DNA of 63,966 nt, filler included, from Dicyema japonicum (lineage: Eukaryota > Animalia > Dicyemida): the NCBI GenBank assembly GCA_011109175.1. It is 4 parts of 4 records of this genome, joined end to end, with 100 filler letters (N's around TTAATTAATTAA, not from the genome) between each part and the next. Parts side by side here need not be neighbours in the genome. Positions count along the whole stretch, not along the records: positions 1 to 17,677 come from RDEW01000028.1; 3 more parts are not named here. One strand, written 5' to 3'. The position numbers were made by a program, and so were the translations under genes. Shown here in pieces: positions 1 through 11,662 of this stretch. Each line of letters begins with the position of its first letter. Position 1 is the stretch's first letter. The notes below the pieces were generated by a model, which saw only the letters and a program-made list of their open reading frames with translations, did no database searches and was not told where the DNA came from.

Positions 1-36
1 CTAAAAAATAAAGAGAGCAAGTCAGAGAGGTTAAAA

Positions 37-1662
37 GTGGAGAATAGTTACGATATCAATATAATCGACTCCTCTTTCAACAGACGGAAAATATACCAGT
101 TCTCCAAAATATTGGACTATACGGCCACCGAGCAGGACGTGTACAACGACATTGTCTCCCCAATGGTAAAAGATGTGCACAAGGGCTACAACTGCACTGT
201 GTTTGCCTACGGACAGACTGGCTCCGGGAAAACCCACACAATGGAGGGAGACCTGGAATCCTTGGAGTCCGGACTCGGCAAAGACGCGAGAATAATCCCC
301 TGAGTTCTCTCAGACTTGTTCGACCTAACAAAGGCATTGTTGGTGGTCTCAGTGGCAGAACCAAGACGGATACATCGAGATGTCGTACATAGAGATATAC
401 AACGAGGAGATTTTCGACCTGTTCTCTCAGTCGGTCTCCAAATTGAGTCTGTTTCGGGACATCACGTCCAAGGTTGTGTCACGTATGGCCAGCAGTAGGC
501 CAATTTTATGCCAGCCTAGCTGAAACTATCGAAAACATGCCACGAGTGAACCTGCACTTCCAAAAAGCCAACTTGCTTGATGTTTAAATAAGTGGCCTAT
601 TGAAGATGTTCGAAGAGGAGATCAACCGACTGAAAGAGCAATTGACTTGTGCTCATTCGGGTGAAGGGGTGTTGATGCCGGTGGATGACTTCGGGTACTT
701 CAATTATTAACCCCCAGTGAATTCAACCTCGAACTATCTCACCAGGCCAAGACTGTCGCCTATTGGAGGAGTGTGTCCAACTGGCTGTTGATAGTATCCC
801 AAGTGGTTGGTCATGTGCTCACTACCCGAGATAACGACCAATTCAATGCGAGGACATGTGTGCTCCAGGAGAAGGAGGACGAGTTGGACATTGCCAAGAA
901 GACTGTGGCCCAATTGGAGACTATTTCCAGCACTCTGGAGGGCAAAACTGGCAGCCTCCACAGCTCGTGTAGGCGAATTGGACTCACAGTTCAATACTTA
1001 TGAACGTGCCAGTCACAAGTCGAGGCATCGAGTCAAGAAGGTGGGTCATTGGCCTAATAGTGCCAGTTGTCTCGCAACATTGTTCGCTCCCATGACCGGG
1101 CTGCGGCTCTCCACTCCACCAAATGTCAGTTGGTCGCCCACGAGCAGAAGAGACAGTCCGACTTGCCAATTTAAAAAACTTTGTTGATGAAGCAAACAAA
1201 GGGTGATGGATTTGATCGTATCCACTCCCAAACACGAGCAATCAGGTGTTCCTTCTGTTGGTGCACTCGAGAGTGGACTGAAGAGAGTGTCCTTTCAGAC
1301 TTGAGGGTGTTCGCCTGTTGGAGGTGGACTTGGAACGATTCCATGTAAGAGTGGGAGATGAGAAAACGGAAATTTACGAATGAACTCATATCCCACCTGG
1401 TTGTGTTGAATTGTATATCTGTAAGGGAGAAATTCGACAGGTGTTGAAGGGGGCAGTGTTTGGGGGGTTGGAGGTGCCTGAGATGGAGGAGGCATCCCCC
1501 TTCCCCGAATATCACTCACAACCCTTCCCGTTCGATGAGAGAATTAGGAGTATTCAACAACTGGCCCATCAATTGAGCGACTGCCAGAGCATTCGTTTGC
1601 AAGCATTGGTTAAGTACAGCCAGGAAGTGCATAAATTCAAAAGTGTAAGCAGTAATTCGTGA
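37..1662 (+). pseudogene. KIF11: Kinesin-5 (Eg5/BimC)-like gene, disabled
   Basis: GYNCTVFAYGQTGSGKTHTMEG P-loop, then an in-frame TGA at 301-303 (IIP*VL, where R is expected). SYIEIYNEEIFDLF follows in another frame. The sequence then jumps almost directly to neck-like LLKMFEEEINRLKEQL, so the switch I/II part of the motor appears deleted. Coiled-coil remnants run to ~1660. Confidence 0.8.
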
Positions 1663-1965
1663 TTGTAAGGAACTCAAAGTCAAAATCAAGTCATTTCCAT
1701 TTAAATTGATGGACGAGGTATGCAGAGGTGGTTACACTCTTAGTTGTCCGCCATGACCGAGATGGCTGACTTGAACATGTTTGACTGGTGGGGTGACATG
1801 TAGATTCAAGCAGGAGTTGTCGGAGTGTGTGGCCACCATGTCACGTCTGAGTCATTCCCGGAAGTGCTTCAGATGGTGAATGGAGAGGGTCATGTTTAGG
1901 AGTCCTGTCCACCTACCGAGGAGCACGTCAATAAGTGCAAAGAAGTGGTTGGGCGTGTAAGCCGT

Positions 1966-2469
1966 CAGCAAGATTCTCAGATTAGCCCCTTACAGCCCAA
2001 TGTTTAACCCTATCGAAAACATTTGGTCCATTGTAAAGGCCAAAGTGAAGAGGGACTTGGCAACTGAATTGGCCAGGATTTTGGCTCATGGTGCTGGCAG
2101 CTTGTCCATTAAAGAGCAAAGATTAAGAGCACTGGAAGGGCTGATGCAAGCTGCTTTATTAGAAATTACCACTGCCAATTGCAATAATTGCATTTCGAAT
2201 ATCCAATTAAGGATTAGTGGAGCTATTAATTTAGAAGATATGAGTTTTAATAAATTGGGAGTTGAGTTGTTTATATCTTTGTAAGGTTTTGTTAATTTTT
2301 ATTTATATCTTTATTTAAATTCTCATTTTGAATGTCATTATTCTCATTTTGAATGCCGCTATTCTCATTTTGAATGCCGCTATTCTCATTTTGAATGCCG
2401 CTATTCTCATTTTGAATGCCGCTATTCTCATTTTGAATGCCGCTATTCTCATTTTTGAATGCAAAATGG
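1966..2469 (+). mobile_element. Tc1/IS630-like DNA transposon, 3' fragment
   Basis: LRLAPYSPMFNPIENIWSIVK (DDE_3-type C-terminal motif containing the catalytic E). The putative right end ...TGCAAAATGG is followed by TA at 2470. Confidence 0.75.
2318..2460. repeat. 21-bp tandem repeat (GCCGCTATTCTCATTTTGAAT, ~6-7 units), subterminal in the Tc1-like element
   Basis: Read directly from the sequence; it produces the spurious MRIAAFK repeat ORF. Confidence 0.9.
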
Positions 2470-2479
2470 TATAGAACTG

Positions 2480-2720
2480 GTCTAAAATTGCGTTTTTTTT
2501 GCGAGGATGAAATGGAGCTGAAACCTCAAATCTTTCAATTCCGAAATATTTTTTGGATGGAAGGTATTTAATTCCCTCTTCATATTGCATACTCTGGCAT
2601 GATACTTTAATGTTAGAATAAGATTTTTACAGAGTTTTTAAACTCTTTAGACGTGCAAATGCGTCCACATCCACGTAACCCATGTCTCTACAGGCACGCA
2701 GCATTCTAAAGATTCAAATA
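2480..2720 (-). pseudogene. Leucine-rich-repeat gene fragment
   Basis: Minus strand YVDVDAFARLKSLKTL and IKYLPSK..IFRN-KDLRF resemble LRR units; the frame is broken. Confidence 0.35.
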
Positions 2721-2829
2721 TTTGAATGTACATTGTGGATAAATGACCCAACCCGTCAAATGAGTTGTTTAGTATTCTCTTTAACGAGTCTCCATAACAC
2801 GAACTAGTATTAAAAAAATATCGATTACA

Positions 2830-3060
2830 GTTGTTCCAAGTTAGTTAAATTGGAGAATATTTCTCCATTGGGGGTGTATGGCTGTGCCAGTAAAAGGTGG
2901 AATGTCCTCGGTGGTTAACTTGAATTGATTTTCGAAATGATCAGCAATTAGTTCGGTTTGAACAATGGGGTCGCGAATAATATTTCCCGTGCCACGATGA
3001 TTTTGAGTTTAGGGTGNTTATTTAAATTAAAGCAAATCTTTAAAAATCTTTTGTCAAGTT
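2830..3060 (-). mobile_element. Degraded LINE fragment (region upstream of RT)
   Basis: GNIIRDPIVQTELIADHFENQF resembles the segment between endonuclease and RT in LINE ORF2. Confidence 0.4.
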
Positions 3061-3198
3061 ACAATCAAGTTGGATCACTACGTGAACAGAAAGTAGGACA
3101 AGTTGAAGCATTATAATTAAGGTCATATTTTATTGTGAATAACTCATTGGTTAGACATTGAATTAATATATTTATTAATCTGTATTTGTTAATATATA

Positions 3199-3530
3199 CA
3201 GTAAACTCTCTAGAACCTGCCAATTTTTAAATTTGCCAATTCTGAAATTCGCCATTTATTATCGATTCTTTCTACTTTTCAATGATATTTGCCAATTCTG
3301 AAATTTGCCACAATTTTTGAAAATTCTCTTTATTTATTAAAAAAATTCTTTTAATTGAAAAAAATATAAAGAATTTAAGCAAGCATGTTCCTGTTGGAAG
3401 CTACGCTAGACTTACTTTCGCTCAAAAAGTGGAAATATTGATTTACAAGAAAGTAATAAGTCTGCTTCATGTCAGACGATTTGCAGCAGATTTTCTAAAA
3501 TCTTTAAATAGACAATCTCAAGAAGGACGG
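3199..3530 (+). mobile_element. pogo/Tigger-like transposon, 5' fragment
   Basis: TA|CAGTAAACTCTC start; repeated TTTGCCAATTCTGAAATT subterminal motif; RLTFAQKVEIL resembles an N-terminal CENP-B/psq-type HTH. Confidence 0.5.
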
Positions 3531-3977
3531 TAAATGCTTTTTTCACTTATGGGGGAGCAGGAAATTCGGGAAAAGTTAAAAAAAATTAAGGAATTTCATA
3601 ATTGTTTTTAAATACAAGCAATGGTGGTGGCCCGACAAATATTTTTGAATCATCTTCAGTCCTCTATAAATGTAGCCGTGACTAGTAAAACTATGTGACT
3701 AAGCCTGCGGTCTCATCTTCTACCTTTCTATCGACCTTCTTACTCAACAACCCAACATAGCACTCCCAATAAACCTCCTCTCCCGTCGGTTGTATTTGTC
3801 CAATTCACACAGCTTGGCCACCTTCTGGACAATCTCAAATAATGCCGAATTGACTGCCACCAAAAACAAGTATTCATTCTATCCTAAAATTCGATATATT
3901 ATTAAATAATTAAAATAAATATTATTTAATATAAAATAATATTTAAATATATTAATAAATAATTTATTTCATTGTGG

Positions 3978-5240
3978 ATGCCACCACAAGAAGGATTCCT
4001 TTGTCCTTTATGTCATAAAAAGTATAATAATGAGGACGAGTTAACATCACATTTTCTAAACACCCACAATGACCCCATAACCAGTCTGATCTACATTGAC
4101 TAACTCATAGACTTTGAAGAACAATCCTCCAACCCCCAAGCAATAAAGCCCCAAAAAATAGGTCCCCACTAAACAAACCAGAACTATAGGCCTAATGAAG
4201 GACGACATTTTTTTGCTCAAAAAATTCCGTGAAAAACACGGAAAAAACAAAGAAGCCAACGCTAAACTGATTTGGAGACTTTCTCGACTTCTTTCCGGCC
4301 TCCGAGGGGCAACGGGGGACCGAGGACTGTCAAAAACCAAGGCATTGGAGGTTGAAAAATCAACTGTGCCTTGGATCGAGGACAAAATGTCTTCAAATTG
4401 TTATTGCTGTAAAAAAACCTACAATTTAATAAACCGACGACACCACTGCAGAGTCTGTGGTTACATAATCTGTTCAAAATGCTGTTTTTTTTATATCCTA
4501 CGACGACGCAGGCACATTTTGAGTTTAATTCCGCAGAATATTTCACCACGGTTTACATGGACTGGCCTGACTGTTCAAAATCTCAAATCCAAGTCGATTT
4601 CAACGACAAATTTAAAGTCAATTCAATCCGAATTTGTGATATTTGTCGGCAGTTTATCAGCAAACGTGTCAGGACGTTGAACGAGAGCAGCGAAGGGACT
4701 GATTTTAACCGCAAGTACTTGGTAGATGTGTGGGACTAAATTCACTTAGTAGAGTCTTATGGAAGCTGTTAAATTTGCGGAAACCGTGGTCGGGAAGTTG
4801 GAGGATATGGACAGTTCAGAAGAGGGCTATGAGAGTTTAAAGGACCAGGCAAGAGTGGCTTGTATTTCTGTGAGAATTGCAGGTTTTGTTGTATTAAAAT
4901 GTTTAGTTTGTATTTTTTGGAGATGGAGATAATTGTAAGCATGAATTTCCATTAAAGTCTAAGATTTGCTGTAATATTAGAAAATATGCTATTAATGTTG
5001 TACAAGCCCACATTGGACGTATTTCAAATTGAATTAATTTTTATTAATTGTTTATTTATTGGATATTTATATATATATTTTTAAATAGATGAGATGTAGT
5101 GAGATAGACTAGTTTGGATTAAGTCAAAGGAGCTGGAGATGTATTTCGGGGCCAACATTGTCACCAGATTTACATTCTCTGTCTAATTGTATAAGAAAAC
5201 GATAAGTTTGAAGAGTTTGAGTTGCCCGATTGTATGTCAA
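3978..5240 (+). CDS. RBSN: Rabenosyn-5 (C2H2 + FYVE Rab5 effector); 3' end uncertain
   Basis: MPPQEGFLCPLCHKK..H C2H2 finger; LIWRLSRL; VPWIED..CYCC..RRHHCRVCGYIICSKC FYVE; IRICDIC. Introns at 4084-4110 (GT-AG, 27 nt) and 4140-4161 (GC-AG, 22 nt) restore the frame. One frameshift in a T run near 4485. Confidence 0.8.
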
Positions 5241-5300
5241 CCCGTCTCTAGCTGTGTAAGACTTACAGGTACAGGACAGTCATGTAGAGTCTGACGTGAA

Positions 5301-5710
5301 ATGGATTATTATTCGGTGTTTTCTTTGCATCTTGCAGCATCGCGTCCTTGATCAGGTCTTGCAACTTCTTAGTGACGATACTGGCAACACGAACCTCCTT
5401 GTGGTATTCTTTATCTCTTTTCTGCTGATCAATCGTATTGGTTAGTCTTCTTCTTGTGCTTTCTCTTCCTGTTCTTGCTGTCGGCATCACGCTAATCTTG
5501 ACGGACAAGCACCTTGGTACCTGTTTTTACGATGCAACAATGGGTGGTGATCCTCTCCTTTATCAGCATTTGTTCTGATTCTTCGGCCATCCTGAGGTCT
5601 ATGTTGTCATTTTGCCTGTTTTTGGTCTCTTTTCGTCATCAATTCAGCTCTCATCTCTTCATCGTATTCCTGGTGAGCTTTCATTGGTTTTAGCAATGGC
5701 ATCGATCGCC
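5301..5710 (+). pseudogene. cox1: Mitochondrial cox1 fragment (NUMT)
   Basis: FSLHLA / [26 protein letters not shown] / [25 protein letters not shown], with TGA at two conserved Trp positions. One frameshift near 5337. Ends at an N gap. Confidence 0.9.
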
Positions 5711-5791
5711 NNNNNNNNNNNNNNNNNNNNNNNNNNNNNNNNNNNNNNNNNNNNNNNNNNNNNNNNNNNNNNNNNNNNNNNNNNNNNNNNN

Positions 5792-6126
5792 AGAACATCA
5801 TAGATTGCACACGGGAATTTGGGAATCAAGGATGTGATGGAGGACTGATGACTATATATAATGTGTATGAATATATCAATGCTAGAGGAGGAATTGACAC
5901 AGAGGAAATGTATCCCTACGAAGGAATTGTATTTTTGCTGATCATATAAAAGGAAAATACTTGCCGATATAAAAAAATCCATTCCCAGTTCACTCCTACG
6001 GAATAGTTCGCCCCGACGAGATAAATTTGATGATGGTCCTAGGCGATATGGGTCCAATCGCAGTTGCAATTGACGCCAATTCAGATTTCATGCGATACGA
6101 TTCAGGCATGTTTTCTGAAGAAATGA
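5792..6126 (+). pseudogene. Cathepsin L-like (papain family) fragment, cut off by a transposon
   Basis: NIIDCTREFGNQGCDGGLM, GGIDTEEMYPYEG, GPIAVAIDA..F..Y.SG; stops at the TGTCAC terminus at 6127. Confidence 0.75.
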
Positions 6127-7885
6127 TGTCACAGTCCCATTCTGAAATCCGCCCATTTTGTTACCCTGTATCAAATATTATTAAAAAAATAAGAAAAAAT
6201 AATTTTAAGAAAAGTCGTTTATTTATGTATAAATTTGTATTAAAACTGATAAATAATTAAATTTAAAACAGCGTGATTTAATGCGTCAGGTGACACTTTC
6301 TCGGGAAGAATTGGAAATTAACAAAGAATTCAATTTCCAATGAAGAGGATTTGAGTGTCTTCGATAACAAGAGCAAGTCCCAGCGAATGCGGCTTAAGAG
6401 AATAGCCAGATTAATTGTCTTCAAGGATGAAATTCCTTACATTCTCGTAGATGATGTTCTCAAGCGTTTCTTTTGTGTGGAGGACCATGAGCTAAAAAAA
6501 AAAACCATAGAGGTTTATTGAAAGGTGTTATTTCACTATGCCGAGCACAATAAAAATACTTTTGGGAGGGATAGGCTGTATAGCAAGCTAAGATGCCAGT
6601 ATTATAATTTGAGAAGGATAGAGATTGCAGAGACTATCGGTAGATGTACTTTTTTTCAAATACGTTTCTTTATGTAAAATTAGTCAAAACGATTAGTGAA
6701 CATCAAACCAGAGATCACACCCATCATTGCGAGCAGACCACGTGACCGATATATTTCAGACTTAGTCGATTTACGACGTTATTCATCGTTGAACGACTCA
6801 TATTCATGGGTATTTATAATATTGATAAGTAGATTACATGTGATAGATTCTTTTTCAAAATATGCCATGGTTGAGGTTATTAAAACGAAATCTGCCGATG
6901 AGGTTGCTTCTAGCTTACAACGGATTATTTATTTTGTTGGACCACCTATCATCCTGCATACTGATAACGGAAAAGAATTTAAGAATTCCAAGATGGAAAT
7001 ACTATGCGAGAAGTATAATATTTCGCACGTATTTGGAAGACCACGGGCCCCTTGGGTACAGGGACAAATATAAAGGTGTTTTCTGTATTAATTAATTTTA
7101 GATCTAATAAAAGTGTAAAAGGTTGGATTTCCTCCACCAGTGAATCAAAAAATTGTTTTGGACGTTATGTCAATATTATCAAAGATATTGTCGAGGATTA
7201 TAATTACACTATTCACTCGACGACAAGGCAGATACCTTTCTTTCTGTTTATGGAATCAAGAATTGCAATTCATTTAGTGAAACACATCGAAAAGAGCTTA
7301 TGGGACATAACAGTGATGATACAGAAAAAGTGGATTTGGAAACATGACAGTGATGACGAACTTGAGGAAAAGAGAAAGGAAGCTTTCAAAAACATTGTCT
7401 CTTGCGGTATAAAAATGAATAAAAAAAAGAAAATGGAAAAACGATGAGGATAGGCCATCACAAAGCGATTTTGTACTTCTACGTACAGATAATGACGCCA
7501 ATCGGCCAAGATATCCGTTATATGACGAATTGATTCCACCAAACACAAGATCATCAATGTGGAAAACGATCAGTATTCTTTAAAAGGAGAAAATGGTGAG
7601 ATTGTACCAAATGTACACATCTCAAGACTTAAAACAATTAAGAAATAACTTATTTAACTCTATAAAAATTTATTCAAAATTAAAATTTTCATTAACATTT
7701 TAAGTATTAAAGCATTTTAAGTACTAAGGGTTGGGATTAGGGTTTAGATTAGGTTTGGCGATAAAAGTCAATTTAGAGTGGAAGCTAAGTTCTGGACTAG
7801 GCGTCAAATATACGTTAGGGTTAGAGTTAGGGTTGTTTTAATTATTTTCCAAAATGGGCGGGTTTTTTATAAACGGACTGTGACA
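6127..7885 (+). mobile_element. Ginger/TDD-like integrase (rve) DNA transposon with terminal inverted repeats, degraded
   Basis: Left TIR TGTCACAGTCCCATTCTGAAATCCGCCCATTTTG (6127) matches the reverse complement of the right end (TGTCACAGTCCGTTTATAAAAAACCCGCCCATTTTG, ending 7885). Integrase core DLVDL..IDSFSKY..LHTDNGKEF..GRPRAPWVQGQ. No TSD visible. Confidence 0.8.
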
Positions 7886-8045
7886 TAAGATGATTTTCAT
7901 AAATTTCAAAACCTTGATAAATCGGACGATTTTTTATAGTCCCCGTCAGGGTCTGGTTTAGACAACTTTTTTTGGCATATATGTGATCGGACTTAAATCA
8001 TGTGGTGATCCATACATTGGTCGTTAGGAATTAAATAGGTTACTC

Positions 8046-8530
8046 TTGTATAGAACCATATGTCTGGTGAGTATCTTGAAAGACTCGATTCTTCAGCTTT
8101 CTTTCCAGACGGCCTTCCAAAAGAATAAACACTCATCTTTCCCCACTTCAATAACTAGGAAGATTGTGATAAAATTTTTATCCTGTTTAACTCGGAAGCA
8201 ACAATTGTCTTTACGGAATGCTCTCCTCGGAATGCTCTATAAGTCTGCTGTTTGGTCTTGCCTTCCATTTACTGGATGTTGGTAACTTCTAAGTCAGAGC
8301 GTCGTACGTCCGTTGTCCTGCATATATAATATCTCTTTGTTCATTGATATCAGCAGGTGGTTGATTATCCGTATACTTTTTAATTGCAGTGTTCAAACCA
8401 ATAATGAAGTTTGTCTTGATCAATTTATATGAAATCTTTTGAGTCGAAACACTCTGATCTCGTGGACCCATTCGAATCCCTCTGTTTCGATCTTCAGTTC
8501 CTCCAGACATCTTCCATATATGGAAATCTC
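8046..8530 (-). mobile_element. RLE-type non-LTR retrotransposon, N-terminal (pre-RT) fragment
   Basis: IKKYTDNQPPADINEQRDIIYAGQRTYDAL..SKWK resembles the N-terminal region of RLE LINEs as recalled from microsporidian-type elements. Confidence 0.5.
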
Positions 8531-8619
8531 GTTTGTGGGGTTGTCGTCAAATTTTTTTTTATTAAAAATTTTTCCAAATTGAAAAATTCTCTTTTAGACT
8601 TTTCTGCCTTAAGCAGCTT

Positions 8620-9450
8620 AAATGACATTTGAAAATGATTTTTGCTGGTCAAAGTCTCTGCAGGACAGGAATTTATTTTTTCGCATCCATGGGGTCATTA
8701 TGCAATCACTGCAAAAAAACAGGAAAACTGTCGACCATTTGGCCACCCAGGGTGGTAAAATAAACAGTGACTATCTTCAAAGACACAACGAAATTGTCAG
8801 GTGTATCCATCTACATTTGTGTTGAGTCTATGGTATTAAAAATGGAAAAAAGATAAAGGCTCACTCGGTTCAGTCTATAATATCGACGCAGAATGTTAAA
8901 ATCCGAGTTGATATGTCAATTATGACAGAAAAAAAAGTTCAATACGACAAAATGAAGCACGAAATAACTTTAATCGAGGTGGAGCATTACATCACAAGAC
9001 CGCCTCAAAAACAAGTCGAAATCGAGAAAGTCCACAAGTATGATCTACTGGCAAATGAACTTTCGATACTCTATGAAGCACAGGTAAAAACTATTCCGGT
9101 GGTTTGACGTGGGATGGAGTTGTCTCGAGATGCTTTAAAATATTACATGGATAAAATAACCATTGAAAAAAGCAACGAGAACTTACATCCAATCCGTTGT
9201 ACTCAAAAGAACGCTAGAGAGTATGCTAATTGAACACAAGCATGGAAATGAAGGTATCTGGTGAAGATTACGCCTCTGCTACCGACCAACTTGTGGAACT
9301 GGCATGCTGTTGGGACACGTCAATTGAAGCTACAGGTCATATGACAACTTTGCCCGGCGAAAGAGATAGAGAACGAAGAGAATGAGGAGCAGGTAGCAAC
9401 TCTCCCCCTAAAAGGAGGAGAGAGATCTCCAACAGAGAGTGAAAATCTTA
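8620..9450 (+). mobile_element. RLE-type non-LTR retrotransposon, 3' fragment (Zn knuckle + restriction-like endonuclease)
   Basis: TVDHLATQ..DYLQRHNEIVRCIH, ITLIEV, VEIEKVHKYDLLANEL, IPVV.TWDGV, RTLESMLIEH; several frameshifts. Confidence 0.8.
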
Positions 9451-9508
9451 ATTAAATAGCGTAACCTTAGTTAAATTTGGTTTAATTTTATTTGAATAAG
9501 AAAAAACA

Positions 9509-9627
9509 ATGTACGACACTGTATGTTCCCAGGCGGTCACCCAGCCAAGTACTAGAACAGCCTATAATCGCTTAACTTCCGTGTTCTGATGGGAACGGGT
9601 ATTTTACGACTAAATATGATCGTACGT
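9509..9627 (-). rRNA. 5S rRNA gene
   Basis: Minus strand GTACGATCAT...GGAAGTTAAGC (box A)...AGTACTTGGCTGGGTGACCGCCTGGGAAC (box C)...GTCGTAC. The 5' and 3' ends pair, and an oligo-T Pol III terminator follows (A run at ~9501-9506 on the plus strand). Confidence 0.95.
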
Positions 9628-11662
9628 TTTTTTAAATATTAAGTTAAAAGATAACTCTTTAATCCCTGATCGACGTTAAAATAATTATTAAGGGAAGAAA
9701 TAAAAAATTTTCTCGATAAGGTTCAAAGAATATTATTGAGTTCACAATATATTTTTGCGTATTAAGGTACTCGACAATGCGGCCCTTATGGAATGCAAAA
9801 TTTTTTATTGTGTGAAACATGAGAAAATTCAAGTCTTTACATAATACCCTTTTTGAAAGTGAAGCTACAACCTATCCAACAAAAAATGTCAAATATCTAT
9901 GAATGAAGCTCTTTTAATTAAATGACTGGGTTGCAGTGGCATCACCAGGATACAGAGGTAAGAACGGCTTGGTCGGTTGATTTCTCAGAAAAGTAATTGT
10001 AAAGTGCTTTGTGGGAAAATTGAATGCACAGTTGGTAAAAACACTCACTCTAAGTAGCTGTATTCGCGTCCCTGTCTTGCTGATGTGTCATTTGATCAGA
10101 GAAGTCTAGCGAGAACTAGTTTAGAAGACTCTTGTCCTATACATAGGTGATTTTCAGGATTCATTATGAAGAAAATATTACGGTAATCAGTAACTCGAAT
10201 ATTTAATTTACCACTTTCATTTTGGGTCAATAAATATCTTAGTTTGCAAAATAAAATTAAATTAAAGGGTTTCACGCCTCGAAACTAGATTTAGCACGAA
10301 AAATATTATTTTGTGCTCGTTCACTTCAAGTTCAGCTATGTCGCTGTGCTACAACTATTTTGGTCTCACAGAAGATCAAAGGAAATTGAGGTAGAGAAGA
10401 TCTAGTCCATGTCTATTGCTTTATTTTCTAATATTTGTGAAATGAAGTAATAATATCAATTTTATTCTCTCAAATATAATTCATGATCAAATCGAATGCA
10501 AGCCTTTTTTCCACTTGCACTGGTTACACCAAGAATCCTCTGATGAATTCCGTAAATTTTGCGACATTTTCCTGTTTTCTGAGCTTTCTGGCTGTTTATG
10601 TGAAGTGACTGTCTTTTTCGACTTTATAAAATGGGATTTCTTGTATCTAAGGATTACGTCAAGAAACCGATTTATTCAAACGAATTCATTTTCCCTTTTC
10701 CTGAAAGTACACAATTCCGAGATTTTTAGATACTTTCAAATTTCTTTTTAACTTTTTACGTTCTTTTGGGTTTACGGTGGCAGTAAATCGACAATTCCAA
10801 ATGCACGTAGCTATATCTAAAAATAAACATCACTAATTGTTCCAATATTTATTCTAATTAAAATAAATCATACAATGGCAAAATTGCTGGTACTTGGTTG
10901 TCATCACTTACGTCACTTTCAGAAAAGTTTTGCAGTTCAAAAATACTTTCATCCAAAAAAGACATGTCCTCGCTTTCTGAAGACTTCTAAAAATTATAGT
11001 TAAGAGGATTAATCTATGCTTAAATAAGCCACAAAATTGTACGAATCATTCTATGTTNCTTCTCAAATGACCGGTAGTAGCTACCAGTTTTATTATAGCC
11101 ACTGGCTTCCTAGGAGAAAACGATTTTTGAATTATTTTGGGTATTTTCAGACAGAAACTTCTACAAAATAATAAAATCGGAATTGACATTTTACCGACGA
11201 TTAAAAAAGTTTAAAATGAAAACAAAATGCTGATTTTATAAATATTAACTAATTTTATGAACTCTATGTTAAGTTCTCCCAAAATTATAAAATAATTTTT
11301 TTAAATGGCTAGCTGTAATTGTAATAAATTTATTTAATATTTTGATATTAATTGAGGAATTTGAATTTTTGTTGATGAATAACATATCGGTCCAATTCGA
11401 ATTAGTTATTATTTCTATTCTATTTCCAACCAGTTTTAACATCTTTTTTAATATTACTTTTTAAAAATATATTTGATAGCACAATATTGAATTATTTGTA
11501 TCAAATTTTCATCACCAAATTTGAAAATATTAAATTATGGTTTTGAGGTTTTATTGTGGTATATTTTGATTCTCATTAATAATGAAATATTATGCTATTT
11601 ATATTATTGTTTCATTTAATATTATATTGGGTATATGGAGTTTTCAATTCCATTTTCAATAA

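Noticed and set aside
2315-2590. ORF with (MRIAAFK)n repeat, and the 21-bp array as a possible CRISPR
   Set aside because: It is the translation of a spacer-less tandem repeat at a Tc1-like end; no unique spacers, no cas genes, eukaryotic context.
8046-9450. Classic twin-priming 5' inversion
   Set aside because: The inverted piece is pre-RT and the forward piece post-RT, so they are not adjacent in the element as twin priming predicts.
11280-11662. Rhabdoviral transcription stop/polyA signal or poly(A) tail after the L fragment
   Set aside because: No TGAAAAAAA-type signal or clear poly(A) on the minus strand, so mRNA versus genome origin cannot be decided.
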